Source: a virus
Taxonomy: Duplodnaviria; Heunggongvirae; Uroviricota; Caudoviricetes
DNA: 10,859 bases
Reading direction: 5' to 3' (one strand)
IMG/VR virus record: IMGVR_UViG_2531839202_000008
Span: 68,798-79,656 of that record
Position 1 is the stretch's first letter, and every line of letters begins with the position of its first letter. The position numbers were made by a program, and so were the translations under genes. Below the pieces are notes generated by a model. It did no database searches. It saw only the letters and a list, made by a program, of their open reading frames with translations, and had not been told where the DNA came from. Shown here one piece after another: positions 1 to 7,457 of this stretch.

Positions 1-2
1 GC

Positions 3-1997
3 GCTGGCGGATTCACCGACCCGAAGATGGTCGAGGACAACCCGTACTGGCGATTCGACGCCGCCCAGAACGGGCACCTGTCGGGCAAGTCGATCTACCT
101 CAACGCCGATGGCCAGCTGCATGCGATCAGCATCAAAGACCCGTTCAACGTAGCTGCCGGCCAGGCGGTGGACATCTCCGCATCGGCGATGTGGCAAGGC
201 GTCTCGGCTGCAGCGGGGTCCAATCCGATCCGGTTGTGCATCACCCCGTTTGCCACCGATGGCACCAAGCTCCCCGATATCGTCATCAAGAAAATTCAGC
301 CCGTGGCCGCGGATTCGTCCTGGATACGTGCCAGCCTGACCGGCTCGTGGACGGTGCCGACCGACGGATCGGTCAAGTCCGCGACAGTGACCCTGGTGGT
401 CACCGAGGGCGCCACCGGCGGCCGCATCCACTTCTCTAACGTCACCTCGGTCATGTCGAACCTCGGGCCGCTGCTGGGCAAGTGGAGATCGTTCTTTGAC
501 ACCCTTGGCGGCAAAGCCAATTCGGACATCGCCGATTTCGAGCAGCGATTCGCCGCGATCACCGCCGACGGCAAGATCACCGCCGAGGAAATCATCGGGC
601 TACTCGGGTTGGGCAATATCCCGAAGCTGCCCCCGGCCAAGGTGCACAGCCCGATCGGCAGCACCGACATCGGAGAAGACCTCAAGGACACGTGGAACAA
701 CTTCTGGAACGCGGTATTTGGGGACGGATCTAGTGGCAGGGGTCCTGTCGATGTTTCCACTGCGACCGCTGCCCTCAAGAAAAAGGCCGATGACGCGTAC
801 GCAGCCGCGGTGTACGCCACCGACGTTGTGAACCTGCCACGACTGACCCCTCGCTGGATGTCCACAGGCATCAACGACGATGTGTCGTTCCCCATCATCA
901 ATGCACAGTCGACATTCGTGCCGGCCGACCAAAAGCTGGTGTTCATCCCCATCACGCCGGGTGTTGAGCGCACGTATCGAACCGTGAAATTCGCCATCAC
1001 CGGCAATGGCATGACGCAGTGCTACGTGGGCGTGTACCGGATCAATGAGTCGCTGCAAATTCAGAAGGCCGTCGACCTCGGGAACGTCAAGGCACGGCTA
1101 TCGGGCACCAGCCGCGTGCAAGCTCTGACAATTCCGTCGCCGGGATTGACGGTGCCCAAGGGCCACACCGCGTTCATCGGTGTGCTGCAGGTCGGCAACC
1201 CGCAGGGCCTCTACACCACACCGGCCATGCCGACCGTGCTGGAAGTCGTGCAGAACATCCCCCTGTTCTTCACCCAGGACGGCGGCACCGGCTACACCTC
1301 CCTGCCCACCCTGGTGGGCGGGCACGTGGAATTCACGCCGGTATGGGGCGCCCTGGGCGAGTCGACCAACTTGGCAGATCAATGGACCGAGTACTCACCC
1401 ACCGGGGCGAACCTGCCCCTGTCCGTCTACGACATCCCCAGCGCCAGCACCGTGCTGTACCTGGCGGGCTGCGGTGGCGGTGGTGGAGGCGGCGGCGGTG
1501 ACGGCGGCTGGAACAAGCCCGGCGAGGGTGGCGGCGGCGGTTCCTGGAACTCGCTACGGCTGGAGCGCGGCGTCGACATCCCGGTGTCCGTCACTCAGAT
1601 CACGGTGCAGTCCGAGCGTGTGGGTTCACCCACAGGTATTGGCGGCGAACCCGGCAGCAAGGAGACCGACGGCAAGCCGGGCCACGACATCGTGTTCCGC
1701 AACGGCACCGACAACAGCGAAATTCTGCGCTGCGCTGGTGGCCGACTGGGGCGCCTGGCCTATGGCAGCTTCTACAACCGCGACTCGGTGGGCTACGGCC
1801 CCGGCGATCTTGGGTTCTCCGCGCGCCTGTTCAAGGGCGGGCAGAACACCCCGCCCAGCGCTTCGGTAGGTGCGGCCAACGGAGCCCCGGGCAACGGGCC
1901 CGGTGGCGGCGGCGCGGGCGGTGCCGGTGGTACCGGGGGCAGCGCCGGTACCGGCGGCTGGGGTGCCGCGGGGTACGCCGCGATCAAGGCGGTCTGA
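3..1997 (+). CDS. Minor tail protein, probably 5'-truncated by the window; N-terminal beta-sandwich/carbohydrate-binding-like region and C-terminal Gly-rich domain
   Basis: The frame is open from base 3 (AGGFTDPK-MVEDNP...), so ATG 27 need not be the true start. The C-terminus has LAGCGGGGGGGGG...GEGGGGGSWNSLRLERGVDIP and GNGPGGGGAGG, typical of actinophage minor tail proteins. Its TGA overlaps the next ATG at 1997. Confidence 0.85.
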   Translation, partial: AGGFTDPKMVEDNPYWRFDAAQNGHLSGKSIYLNADGQLHAISIKDPFNVAAGQAVDISASAMWQGVSAAAGSNPIRLCITPFATDGTKLPDIVIKKIQPVAADSSWIRASLTGSWTVPTDGSVKSATVTLVVTEGATGGRIHFSNVTSVMSNLGPLLGKWRSFFDTLGGKANSDIADFEQRFAAITADGKITAEEIIGLLGLGNIPKLPPAKVHSPIGSTDIGEDLKDTWNNFWNAVFGDGSSGRGPVDVSTATAALKKKADDAYAAAVYATDVVNLPRLTPRWMSTGINDDVSFPIINAQSTFVPADQKLVFIPITPGVERTYRTVKFAITGNGMTQCYVGVYRINESLQIQKAVDLGNVKARLSGTSRVQALTIPSPGLTVPKGHTAFIGVLQVGNPQGLYTTPAMPTVLEVVQNIPLFFTQDGGTGYTSLPTLVGGHVEFTPVWGALGESTNLADQWTEYSPTGANLPLSVYDIPSASTVLYLAGCGGGGGGGGGDGGWNKPGEGGGGGSWNSLRLERGVDIPVSVTQITVQSERVGSPTGIGGEPGSKETDGKPGHDIVFRNGTDNSEILRCAGGRLGRLAYGSFYNRDSVGYGPGDLGFSARLFKGGQNTPPSASVGAANGAPGNGPGGGGAGGAGGTGGSAGTGGWGAAGYAAIKAV

Positions 1998-3052
1998 TGC
2001 CCTGGTCCACCAATCCGTCTGCGCCCTCGGGGCAATCGAGTAGGTGGTCGACCAAGCCCGATCCGCCCTCGCCGCCATCCATGGGCAAGTGGGTCTGGAT
2101 GCCACGGGTCACTGTCGCGGACTCGGCAGTCGGCGCCGATCTGGCCCATCTGCTGCGGGTGGCCCACACGGGCATCGATCAGGGTGTTAGCGCAGACCTC
2201 GCCGTCGCAGGAGTGGGCCTACGCGCCAGCGATGCCGGCCGGGGCGCCGACCTGGCGCGAGCGAAGCTGCGCGTGGCTGCACGAGACGCCGGGATAGCTG
2301 CCGACTCGGCCCGCCCCGGTGTGCGCGCCACCGATTCGGCCGTGGCCGCCGAGATGGCACAGATGCTCCCCCGCCTGGCCGCCGTCGGTGCCGCCACGGC
2401 CGCCGATATCGCGGTGCTGTCGCGGGTTCGGCTTCCCTCCAGCGCCAGTCAAGCCATCGGGGCCGATACCGCCACCGCCCGGTTCAGTCCGCAACCGGCA
2501 GCGCTGACCGCGATCACCGCAGTCGGCACGACCGTGGTCCCGATCCCGGTGTGGTGCCGCTATCTCGATCTGGCGCTGGTCGGCGCTGGCGGCGGCGGTG
2601 CGAGCTCGGGCACGTTCTACCTACTCGGCGGCTTCCCCGGCAGCCCGGGAACCTGGGCCACCACCACTTTGGAGCGCGGCACCCACATTCCCTGGACCAC
2701 AACAACCCTGACATTCGTCATCGGCGCAGGCGGCGCCAAGGGTAGCGGCGGTTTCGCCGGAACCGCGGGCGGCCCAGGTGCGGCAACCACCGCTATCGGC
2801 GACGGATGGGCGGGCCTGTCCGCTACTGGCGGCGCTGGTGGCCCGCAGCACCCCACCGGCATCAACGCCAACGACGGCCCCGGCCCGGGCGACAAGACCT
2901 ACAACGGCGTGACCTACCCGGGCGGCGCCACGCAAAGCTCCGATGGCGGAACGGGCTACGCGCCCGGCGGTGCCGGTGCCGGCGGTGCCAACTTCGGCGG
3001 CCCCGGCGGCGTCGGCGGCGCGGGCGGTGCCTGGTGCCGCGCATACCAGTAA
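1997..3052 (+). CDS. Minor tail/tail-fibre-like protein, 351 aa, with ~18-aa repeats and a Gly-rich C-terminal domain
   Basis: TGATG coupling to the upstream gene. LVGAGGGGASSG...GSPGTWATTTLERGTHIP parallels the Gly-rich domain of the upstream gene. GC-rich third codon positions. Confidence 0.85.
   Translation: MPWSTNPSAPSGQSSRWSTKPDPPSPPSMGKWVWMPRVTVADSAVGADLAHLLRVAHTGIDQGVSADLAVAGVGLRASDAGRGADLARAKLRVAARDAGIAADSARPGVRATDSAVAAEMAQMLPRLAAVGAATAADIAVLSRVRLPSSASQAIGADTATARFSPQPAALTAITAVGTTVVPIPVWCRYLDLALVGAGGGGASSGTFYLLGGFPGSPGTWATTTLERGTHIPWTTTTLTFVIGAGGAKGSGGFAGTAGGPGAATTAIGDGWAGLSATGGAGGPQHPTGINANDGPGPGDKTYNGVTYPGGATQSSDGGTGYAPGGAGAGGANFGGPGGVGGAGGAWCRAYQ
2117..2488 (+). repeat. About seven degenerate 16-20 aa protein-level repeats (D-x-[AG]-x-[GA]-A-D-x-A)
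   Basis: ADSAVGADLA / IDQGVSADLA / SDAGRGADLA / RDAGIAADSA / TDSAVAAEMA / VGAATAADIA / ASQAIGADTA, spaced 16-20 residues apart. Confidence 0.7.
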
Positions 3053-3074
3053 CCGCAGGAGGGACCACCCAAAC

Positions 3075-3530
3075 ATGGCCAACCCCAACGACATCGACAA
3101 CTACTCATTCCGAATCCACTTCTACAGCAGACGCGAAACCTCCTATTTCGACATCTACATGAACGACGGCCCAATCGGACTGATCAACGGAAACTACTAC
3201 CTCGACGCGGCCCCACACGACCCGAACGTCGGCGAATGCCTCCTGTAATACGTCCCCAAGCTCAACACCACCATCTGGGACTTTGACGACGGCAGCCTTC
3301 CGGTCAACACCGAGGATTACCTCTGGTACCAGGTCAACGAAACCTATGTCATCACAGGCGATTACCAGCCCTTCGGCGGCCTGATGATCGAGGGCCAACT
3401 CGGATGCGCCTACCTCAAATCCGTCATCGCCCCCTACAGAGACCACCAATGGACGACCGAATCACCCCGCAACGTCGCGCTGGGATACACCCCGCGCATC
3501 AGCGGATGGACCACCTGGGAAACCCCGTAA
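3075..3530 (+). pseudogene. 151-codon aromatic/Asn/Asp-rich gene of unknown function, interrupted by an in-frame TAA at codon 58 (3246-3248)
   Basis: SD-like CAGGAGGGA precedes ATG 3075. The frame reads MANPNDIDNYSF...GECLL*YVPKLNTTIWDFDDG...GWTTWETP*. The 93 codons after the TAA remain in frame with mostly C/G third positions and end at TAA 3528-3530, just before the next gene's SD (AGAAAGG). Confidence 0.8.
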
Positions 3531-3549
3531 CCAACAGAAAGGCCCCCGC

Positions 3550-3912
3550 ATGTCCGAATACCAGGGCGCGCACCGGCGCGCCTGCTGCGCCGCAATCACC
3601 GCACTCGGCAACCGAATCGGGCTATTCGCCGGTTCCACCCGGGTAGGAACCGCCTACGCCGACACCACCTGGGCCACCCCAGTCGATGTCACCGAATCCG
3701 GCATCGACAAGGCATCATCCACCGGCTCGCTGGTAACCATCTCGGTACCTGGCGGCACCGTGGCCAACGGCACGGTGATCAACCGGTACGGCGTGTTCAA
3801 CGGCGCGACCCTGCTGCGCACCGAGGCACTACCGGTCTCCCTGACCGTCAACGACGGATCGCAGCCGTTACAAGTCGATGTCACACCAACATTCAAGTTC
3901 TGGGGGGTGTAG
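3550..3912 (+). CDS. Small phage structural/minor tail-associated protein, 120 aa
   Basis: SD AGAAAGG upstream. Beta-strand-rich sequence ending ...LQVDVTPTFKF. It lies between the tail genes and the lysis genes. Confidence 0.75.
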   Translation: MSEYQGAHRRACCAAITALGNRIGLFAGSTRVGTAYADTTWATPVDVTESGIDKASSTGSLVTISVPGGTVANGTVINRYGVFNGATLLRTEALPVSLTVNDGSQPLQVDVTPTFKFWGV

Positions 3913-3914
3913 TC

Positions 3915-4061
3915 ATGGCCCGCCAGCTTCTCAAGCACTCGGCCTTCTACGCCGCACTTGCCGCCATCTCATTCCGGCTCGGCTGGTGGGCGGCCAACTA
4001 CATCAGCGACCGCATGGACAACTACGACCCTCGCATCGGCGAGGGCAAGTACGGATGGTGA
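3915..4061 (+). CDS. 48-aa small membrane protein (absent from the ORF track)
   Basis: MARQLLKHSAFYAALAAISFRLGWWAANYISDRMDNYDPRIGEGKYGW*. It fills the gap between TAG 3912 and the lysA SD (GAAAGG, overlapping its TGA) and has one hydrophobic segment. Confidence 0.7.
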   Translation: MARQLLKHSAFYAALAAISFRLGWWAANYISDRMDNYDPRIGEGKYGW

Positions 4062-4071
4062 AAGGTAGACA

Positions 4072-5028
4072 ATGATCACTGAAAATGGCTGGCCATCATG
4101 CGATTCGAGCATGCTGGAACGCAACCCGATACCAGGGACCACGATCGTCATCCCGCTACAACGTGGCATACCCAACCGGATCATGAAGGCATTCGCGGCC
4201 GACTTCCACGCGTTCGTGGAGTCGCTGTACAACTCCCGTGGCGGCACCGACGAGGGCGGCTGGACACCAACCAACTCCGTTGCCACATCCAACCACATCG
4301 GCGGCACCGCAATGGATCTGAACTGGTCCGATCACCCCATGGGCAAGGCCTACGACGGGTACAGCAGTACCAAGATCGCCACCGTCCGTGAGCTTCTGGC
4401 CTTCTACACCATTGACGGGTTGGCGATGATGTACTGGGGCAACGACTGGAATAGCCCCAAGGATTCGATGCACTTCCAGATGGGCTACAACACCTACAAC
4501 AACCAGGCCAAGTGCAACGACTTCATCAAGCGCAAGATCCGCGCCGACGGATTCTCGACGTTCCGGCGCGGACCGCAGGCGCCAGCCAACCCTGACGATT
4601 TCCCACTGCCGCAGGGCTATTGCTTCGGACCTTTGGACGGGCCCGACTACTGCATTTCCGGCGAGTACCCCGCCGATCTGCAATCGTGGAAGGACGGCCT
4701 CGGACGCTGGCAGGCCGCACTGGGACTGCCGGCCACCAAGCGCTGGGACGATGCCACCCGAGACGCCGCGACGGTGCTACAGAAACAGCGCAACTGGCCA
4801 TCCAATCCTGACTTCGGGTACGGCGGTGTGTATCTGGCCGAATGGAACGAGGTCATCACCAAGGGTTGGCGACTTCCGGTCAAGGACAAGAAGTTTCCCG
4901 ACGACTGGACCGACCGAGAGCTGATGATCGAGACGTTGCGTCAACTGCGTGGGCCGGACCTGGCGGGCTGGCCCCAGCTCGGCAATGCATCGCTGGTTGA
5001 TGCCGTTGCGCAGGTGCGTGCCTCATGA
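4072..5028 (+). CDS. lysA: Endolysin LysA: N-terminal M15-family Zn peptidase, central peptidoglycan-binding-like region, C-terminal mycobacteriophage LysA motif
   Basis: ENGWP start. SNHIGGTAMD (H75, D82) and DSMHFQ (H134) match the M15 Zn-ligand pattern. C-terminal QLRGP..AGWPQLG..SLVDAV. SD GAAAGG upstream. Confidence 0.92.
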   Translation: MITENGWPSCDSSMLERNPIPGTTIVIPLQRGIPNRIMKAFAADFHAFVESLYNSRGGTDEGGWTPTNSVATSNHIGGTAMDLNWSDHPMGKAYDGYSSTKIATVRELLAFYTIDGLAMMYWGNDWNSPKDSMHFQMGYNTYNNQAKCNDFIKRKIRADGFSTFRRGPQAPANPDDFPLPQGYCFGPLDGPDYCISGEYPADLQSWKDGLGRWQAALGLPATKRWDDATRDAATVLQKQRNWPSNPDFGYGGVYLAEWNEVITKGWRLPVKDKKFPDDWTDRELMIETLRQLRGPDLAGWPQLGNASLVDAVAQVRAS

Positions 5029-6200
5029 TCCGGATCGGAGACCGCAATGAAACGGTCCGTCAGTGGCGGGCCGTGATGAACGACTGGTTTGGGCCGCTGT
5101 ACACCCGGCTGCTGGGGCCGCTGCCCCGCGACACCGACGAGTTCGGGCCGCGCGCTGCCCTGTGGGCCGCCGAGTATCAGCGCCGCACCGGCCAGATCCC
5201 CACCGGGCAGGTGTCCGATGATGACCTGCACGCGCTGGGTATTGCGCCCCCGGCCCCGCCCGCCAATCGCCACCTGGGCCTAATGTTCCGGGGCACCGGA
5301 GGAGTCATCGGCCAGGACTACGTATCTCGCGTCATGCAGGCCGTGGCCAACCTCGTTGAGGAAGTGCACCCCGAATTCGCCGCAACCATGGGCGGTCTGC
5401 CGGTCGGCGCCGCGGGCAGCATCAACGACATTTCGATGGCCAAGGCCGTCGACATCGCCGTGGCCGACGCACAACGCATCTTCGCCGAGCGCTACCGCGC
5501 CAACCCCAACATCAAGGTTGTCATCGGCGGATACTCGGCCGGCGCGGTCGCGGGCGCCCGGTTCCGCGCGTGGCTGCTGGAGCACTACCCGGATAACTAC
5601 CTGTGCTCATTCAGCTTTGGTGACCCCACCCGGCCCCACGGTGGCAGCTACTACGGCGGTCCGATCCTTGCCGGGCAAGGCATCTCGTCATGGCGCTACG
5701 GCGACACAGGCGACTACCGGCACTGCTGGCTCACCGACCCCGGCGACATGTACGGCAACATCCCCCTCGGGGTGGTCGGGGACATCATGGACGACTGTTT
5801 CGACATGGTGACCGCATTCCAGATCACCGACCCACTCGGGGCCGCTGGCGCCATCCTGCCCAAAATCCCCGAAATCGCCGCCAAGGCATTGGGTATCGAG
5901 CTGCCCGCCATATTCGGCGCGCTCACTGGCGGCCCCAACGGTATCGCCGCACTCGGCCTACCCATGGTGCTCGGCGGTCTACAGGGACTACTCGGCTGGG
6001 GCGATATCAACAAGCTCACCGGGCCCGCGGCCGCGGCGCAGGCCGCCTTGATCGCGCTGCGTTTCGTCACCACCAGCCCACCGACCGCCGCGCATATTCA
6101 ATACGAATACCGCGAGGTCTGGCCCGGCCAAACCTATCTCGGGCTCGCCATCCAGCACGTGCGCGACTGGGCCAGCCGCACCCCCGCCATAGCCGCGTAG
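5025..6200 (+). CDS. lysB: Lysin B (cutinase-like mycolylarabinogalactan esterase) with N-terminal peptidoglycan-binding domain
   Basis: ATGA overlap with lysA. The N-terminus looks like a PGBD (IGDRNETVRQW...FGPR...YQRRTG..PTG). Nucleophile elbow GYSAG, downstream GDP and a C-terminal HIQY. Confidence 0.92.
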   Translation: MIRIGDRNETVRQWRAVMNDWFGPLYTRLLGPLPRDTDEFGPRAALWAAEYQRRTGQIPTGQVSDDDLHALGIAPPAPPANRHLGLMFRGTGGVIGQDYVSRVMQAVANLVEEVHPEFAATMGGLPVGAAGSINDISMAKAVDIAVADAQRIFAERYRANPNIKVVIGGYSAGAVAGARFRAWLLEHYPDNYLCSFSFGDPTRPHGGSYYGGPILAGQGISSWRYGDTGDYRHCWLTDPGDMYGNIPLGVVGDIMDDCFDMVTAFQITDPLGAAGAILPKIPEIAAKALGIELPAIFGALTGGPNGIAALGLPMVLGGLQGLLGWGDINKLTGPAAAAQAALIALRFVTTSPPTAAHIQYEYREVWPGQTYLGLAIQHVRDWASRTPAIAA

Positions 6201-6338
6201 ATCAGTCCGCCCCCGCGCGAGGAGAGCGCGCAGGGACTCCCCACACCGTAGCGCTCCCTATCCATGGCGCCATCGAAAAAACTCCCCCTGAACTGCCCAA
6301 ACGCAGTTATCCACAACCCAACCGCCGAGAGGACCGTC

Positions 6339-6635
6339 ATGCACATCACCATCCCGCCCTGGCTCAAGGACGCCGCCGTTGACGCTGCCGAGCGTGCTAT
6401 CAAGACGTTCGCGGGTGGCTTCATCGTCGGCGCCAACCTGGCCGACGCCGCGGTGAACGCAGCCCTGACCGAGATCGATTGGCAGAGCGGTATCAATGTC
6501 GGCGCCGGGACGCTGGCGGTATCGCTCGTCTTCTCTGCGGCATCGATCAAGCTGGGCCGATCCGGTACCGCCTCGGCCACCAAGGCGGTCGTACCGTCCA
6601 GCCTGTTCAAGCTCGTGGCGGGCAGCGGCCGGTGA
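6339..6635 (+). CDS. Holin, r1t-like, 98 aa; start reassigned from 6264 to ATG 6339
   Basis: SD GAGAGGA at 6327-6333. WLKDAAVDAAERAIKTFAGG matches the r1t-holin 'D..ERAIKTF' signature. Two hydrophobic segments; located after lysB. Confidence 0.85.
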   Translation: MHITIPPWLKDAAVDAAERAIKTFAGGFIVGANLADAAVNAALTEIDWQSGINVGAGTLAVSLVFSAASIKLGRSGTASATKAVVPSSLFKLVAGSGR

Positions 6636-6883
6636 GCCCCGATCAGATCCAAGCTGTCGGCGGCGCCATCGTCGCCATCCTGGGCGCCTGGCAAGCCCGC
6701 ACCTCGCGCAAAGTCCGCGACCTGGAAGCACAACTAGCCATCGTCGTAGGCCAGCGCGACCAATATCGTGACAAACTCCGCGCAGCTGTCCGACACATCC
6801 GCGAATGGATGGGCTGGGCGCGGCAACACAGGCCCGAAACGCCCACTCCCGAACTACCGACAGAGCTGGTCGACGAGGTGTAG
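6632..6883 (+). CDS. 83-aa membrane-anchored coiled-coil protein, probable lysis accessory; GTG start
   Basis: GTGA overlap with the holin stop. MSPDQIQAVGGAIVAILGAWQA (hydrophobic anchor), then VRDLEAQLAIVVGQRDQYRDKL (heptad-like), then a Pro/Glu tail. Confidence 0.78.
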   Translation: MSPDQIQAVGGAIVAILGAWQARTSRKVRDLEAQLAIVVGQRDQYRDKLRAAVRHIREWMGWARQHRPETPTPELPTELVDEV

Positions 6884-6911
6884 AGAGCCCACACTGATTG
6901 CAGGCCAACGA

Positions 6912-6950
6912 AATAGCGCCCCTCACCCCGACCCGGTGAGGGGCGCTATT
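6912..6950. terminator. Probable bidirectional intrinsic terminator between convergent operons
   Basis: Perfect 16-bp inverted repeat AATAGCGCCCCTCACC (6912-6927), 7-nt loop, GGTGAGGGGCGCTATT (6935-6950), with short T-rich flanks on both strands. Confidence 0.88.
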
Positions 6951-6965
6951 CGCGTTTCTAGTGCA

Positions 6966-7393
6966 CTAATCCAGCACGCGGGCCCGGCTTTGCGTTGTGC
7001 CGTTTCTGTCCACCACCGCATCGCAGGTGTAGGGACGCATCCCCGTGTAACCACCAAACGCGTTCTTGGCGTTGACATTGCCCGTCACCGTAAAGTAGAT
7101 ATCACCGCGATCGGGCGAGTAGTCCAACTCGGGATCGCGACCACCTCCATGCGCCACGCCTTCACGGGCCACCTCATCGGCGAACTTCGCACTCTCAGGG
7201 TCACGCATGCGCTTCATGAGAGCGGACTGGCATGTCTCGATCGCGTACTTTTGCCTCACTTCAACGCTCACACCAACGTTTCCGGATTGGCCCGACAGCC
7301 CTATTGCGCAGCCGCCATGAACGCCAGCAGCCCGACAAATACCCCCAGACACACCCACAACGCTTTCGCCGGGACGCCCATCTCTCTCGCCAT
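6966..7393 (-). pseudogene. Frameshifted membrane/lipoprotein gene (about 142 aa if repaired) with a DPESAKF...VNAKNAFGGYTG domain
   Basis: ATG 7393 gives MAREMGVPAKALWVCLGVFVGLLAFMAAAQ* (TAG 7301-7303). One added base at ~7311-7313 fuses this signal/TM segment to CAIGLSGQSG...RARVLD*. The span is 428 nt, one short of 143 codons. Confidence 0.7.
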
Positions 7394-7400
7394 GGACGGC

Positions 7401-7406
7401 AGATTA
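7401..7406 (-). promoter_or_regulatory. Possible SigA -10 hexamer (TAATCT) for a leaderless transcript starting at ATG 7393
   Basis: TANNNT lies 7 nt upstream of the ATG and there is no SD, a geometry typical of mycobacterial leaderless mRNAs. No convincing -35. Confidence 0.35.
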
Positions 7407-7457
7407 CAAGATCACGCCCAGGTCAGAAGTGGTAACGGCAATGCCCACTGACCGGGC

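Noticed and set aside
1470-3040. PE_PGRS-like host genes suggested by the GGx-rich sequence
   Set aside because: No PE domain. The Gly-rich stretches are short, sit within tail-protein domains, and lie in a phage operon.
2943-3248. 101-aa ORF from the track
   Set aside because: Its first 44 codons overlap the tail gene out of frame. The real start is ATG 3075, which has a strong SD.
3075-3530. Diversity-generating retroelement target or template (many AAC/TAC codons beside tail genes)
   Set aside because: No second near-identical copy differing at adenines, and no reverse transcriptase in the window.
6264-6635. 123-aa holin, or lambda-style dual start, as an established feature
   Set aside because: No SD before ATG 6264, whereas 6339 has GAGAGGA. 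Kept only as a possibility under the spacer finding.
7381-7388. (GA)4 microsatellite as a phase-variation switch for the frameshifted gene
   Set aside because: The tract is too short. Deleting one GA unit would restore the frame but discard the hydrophobic signal segment, so the lesion fits ~7312 better.
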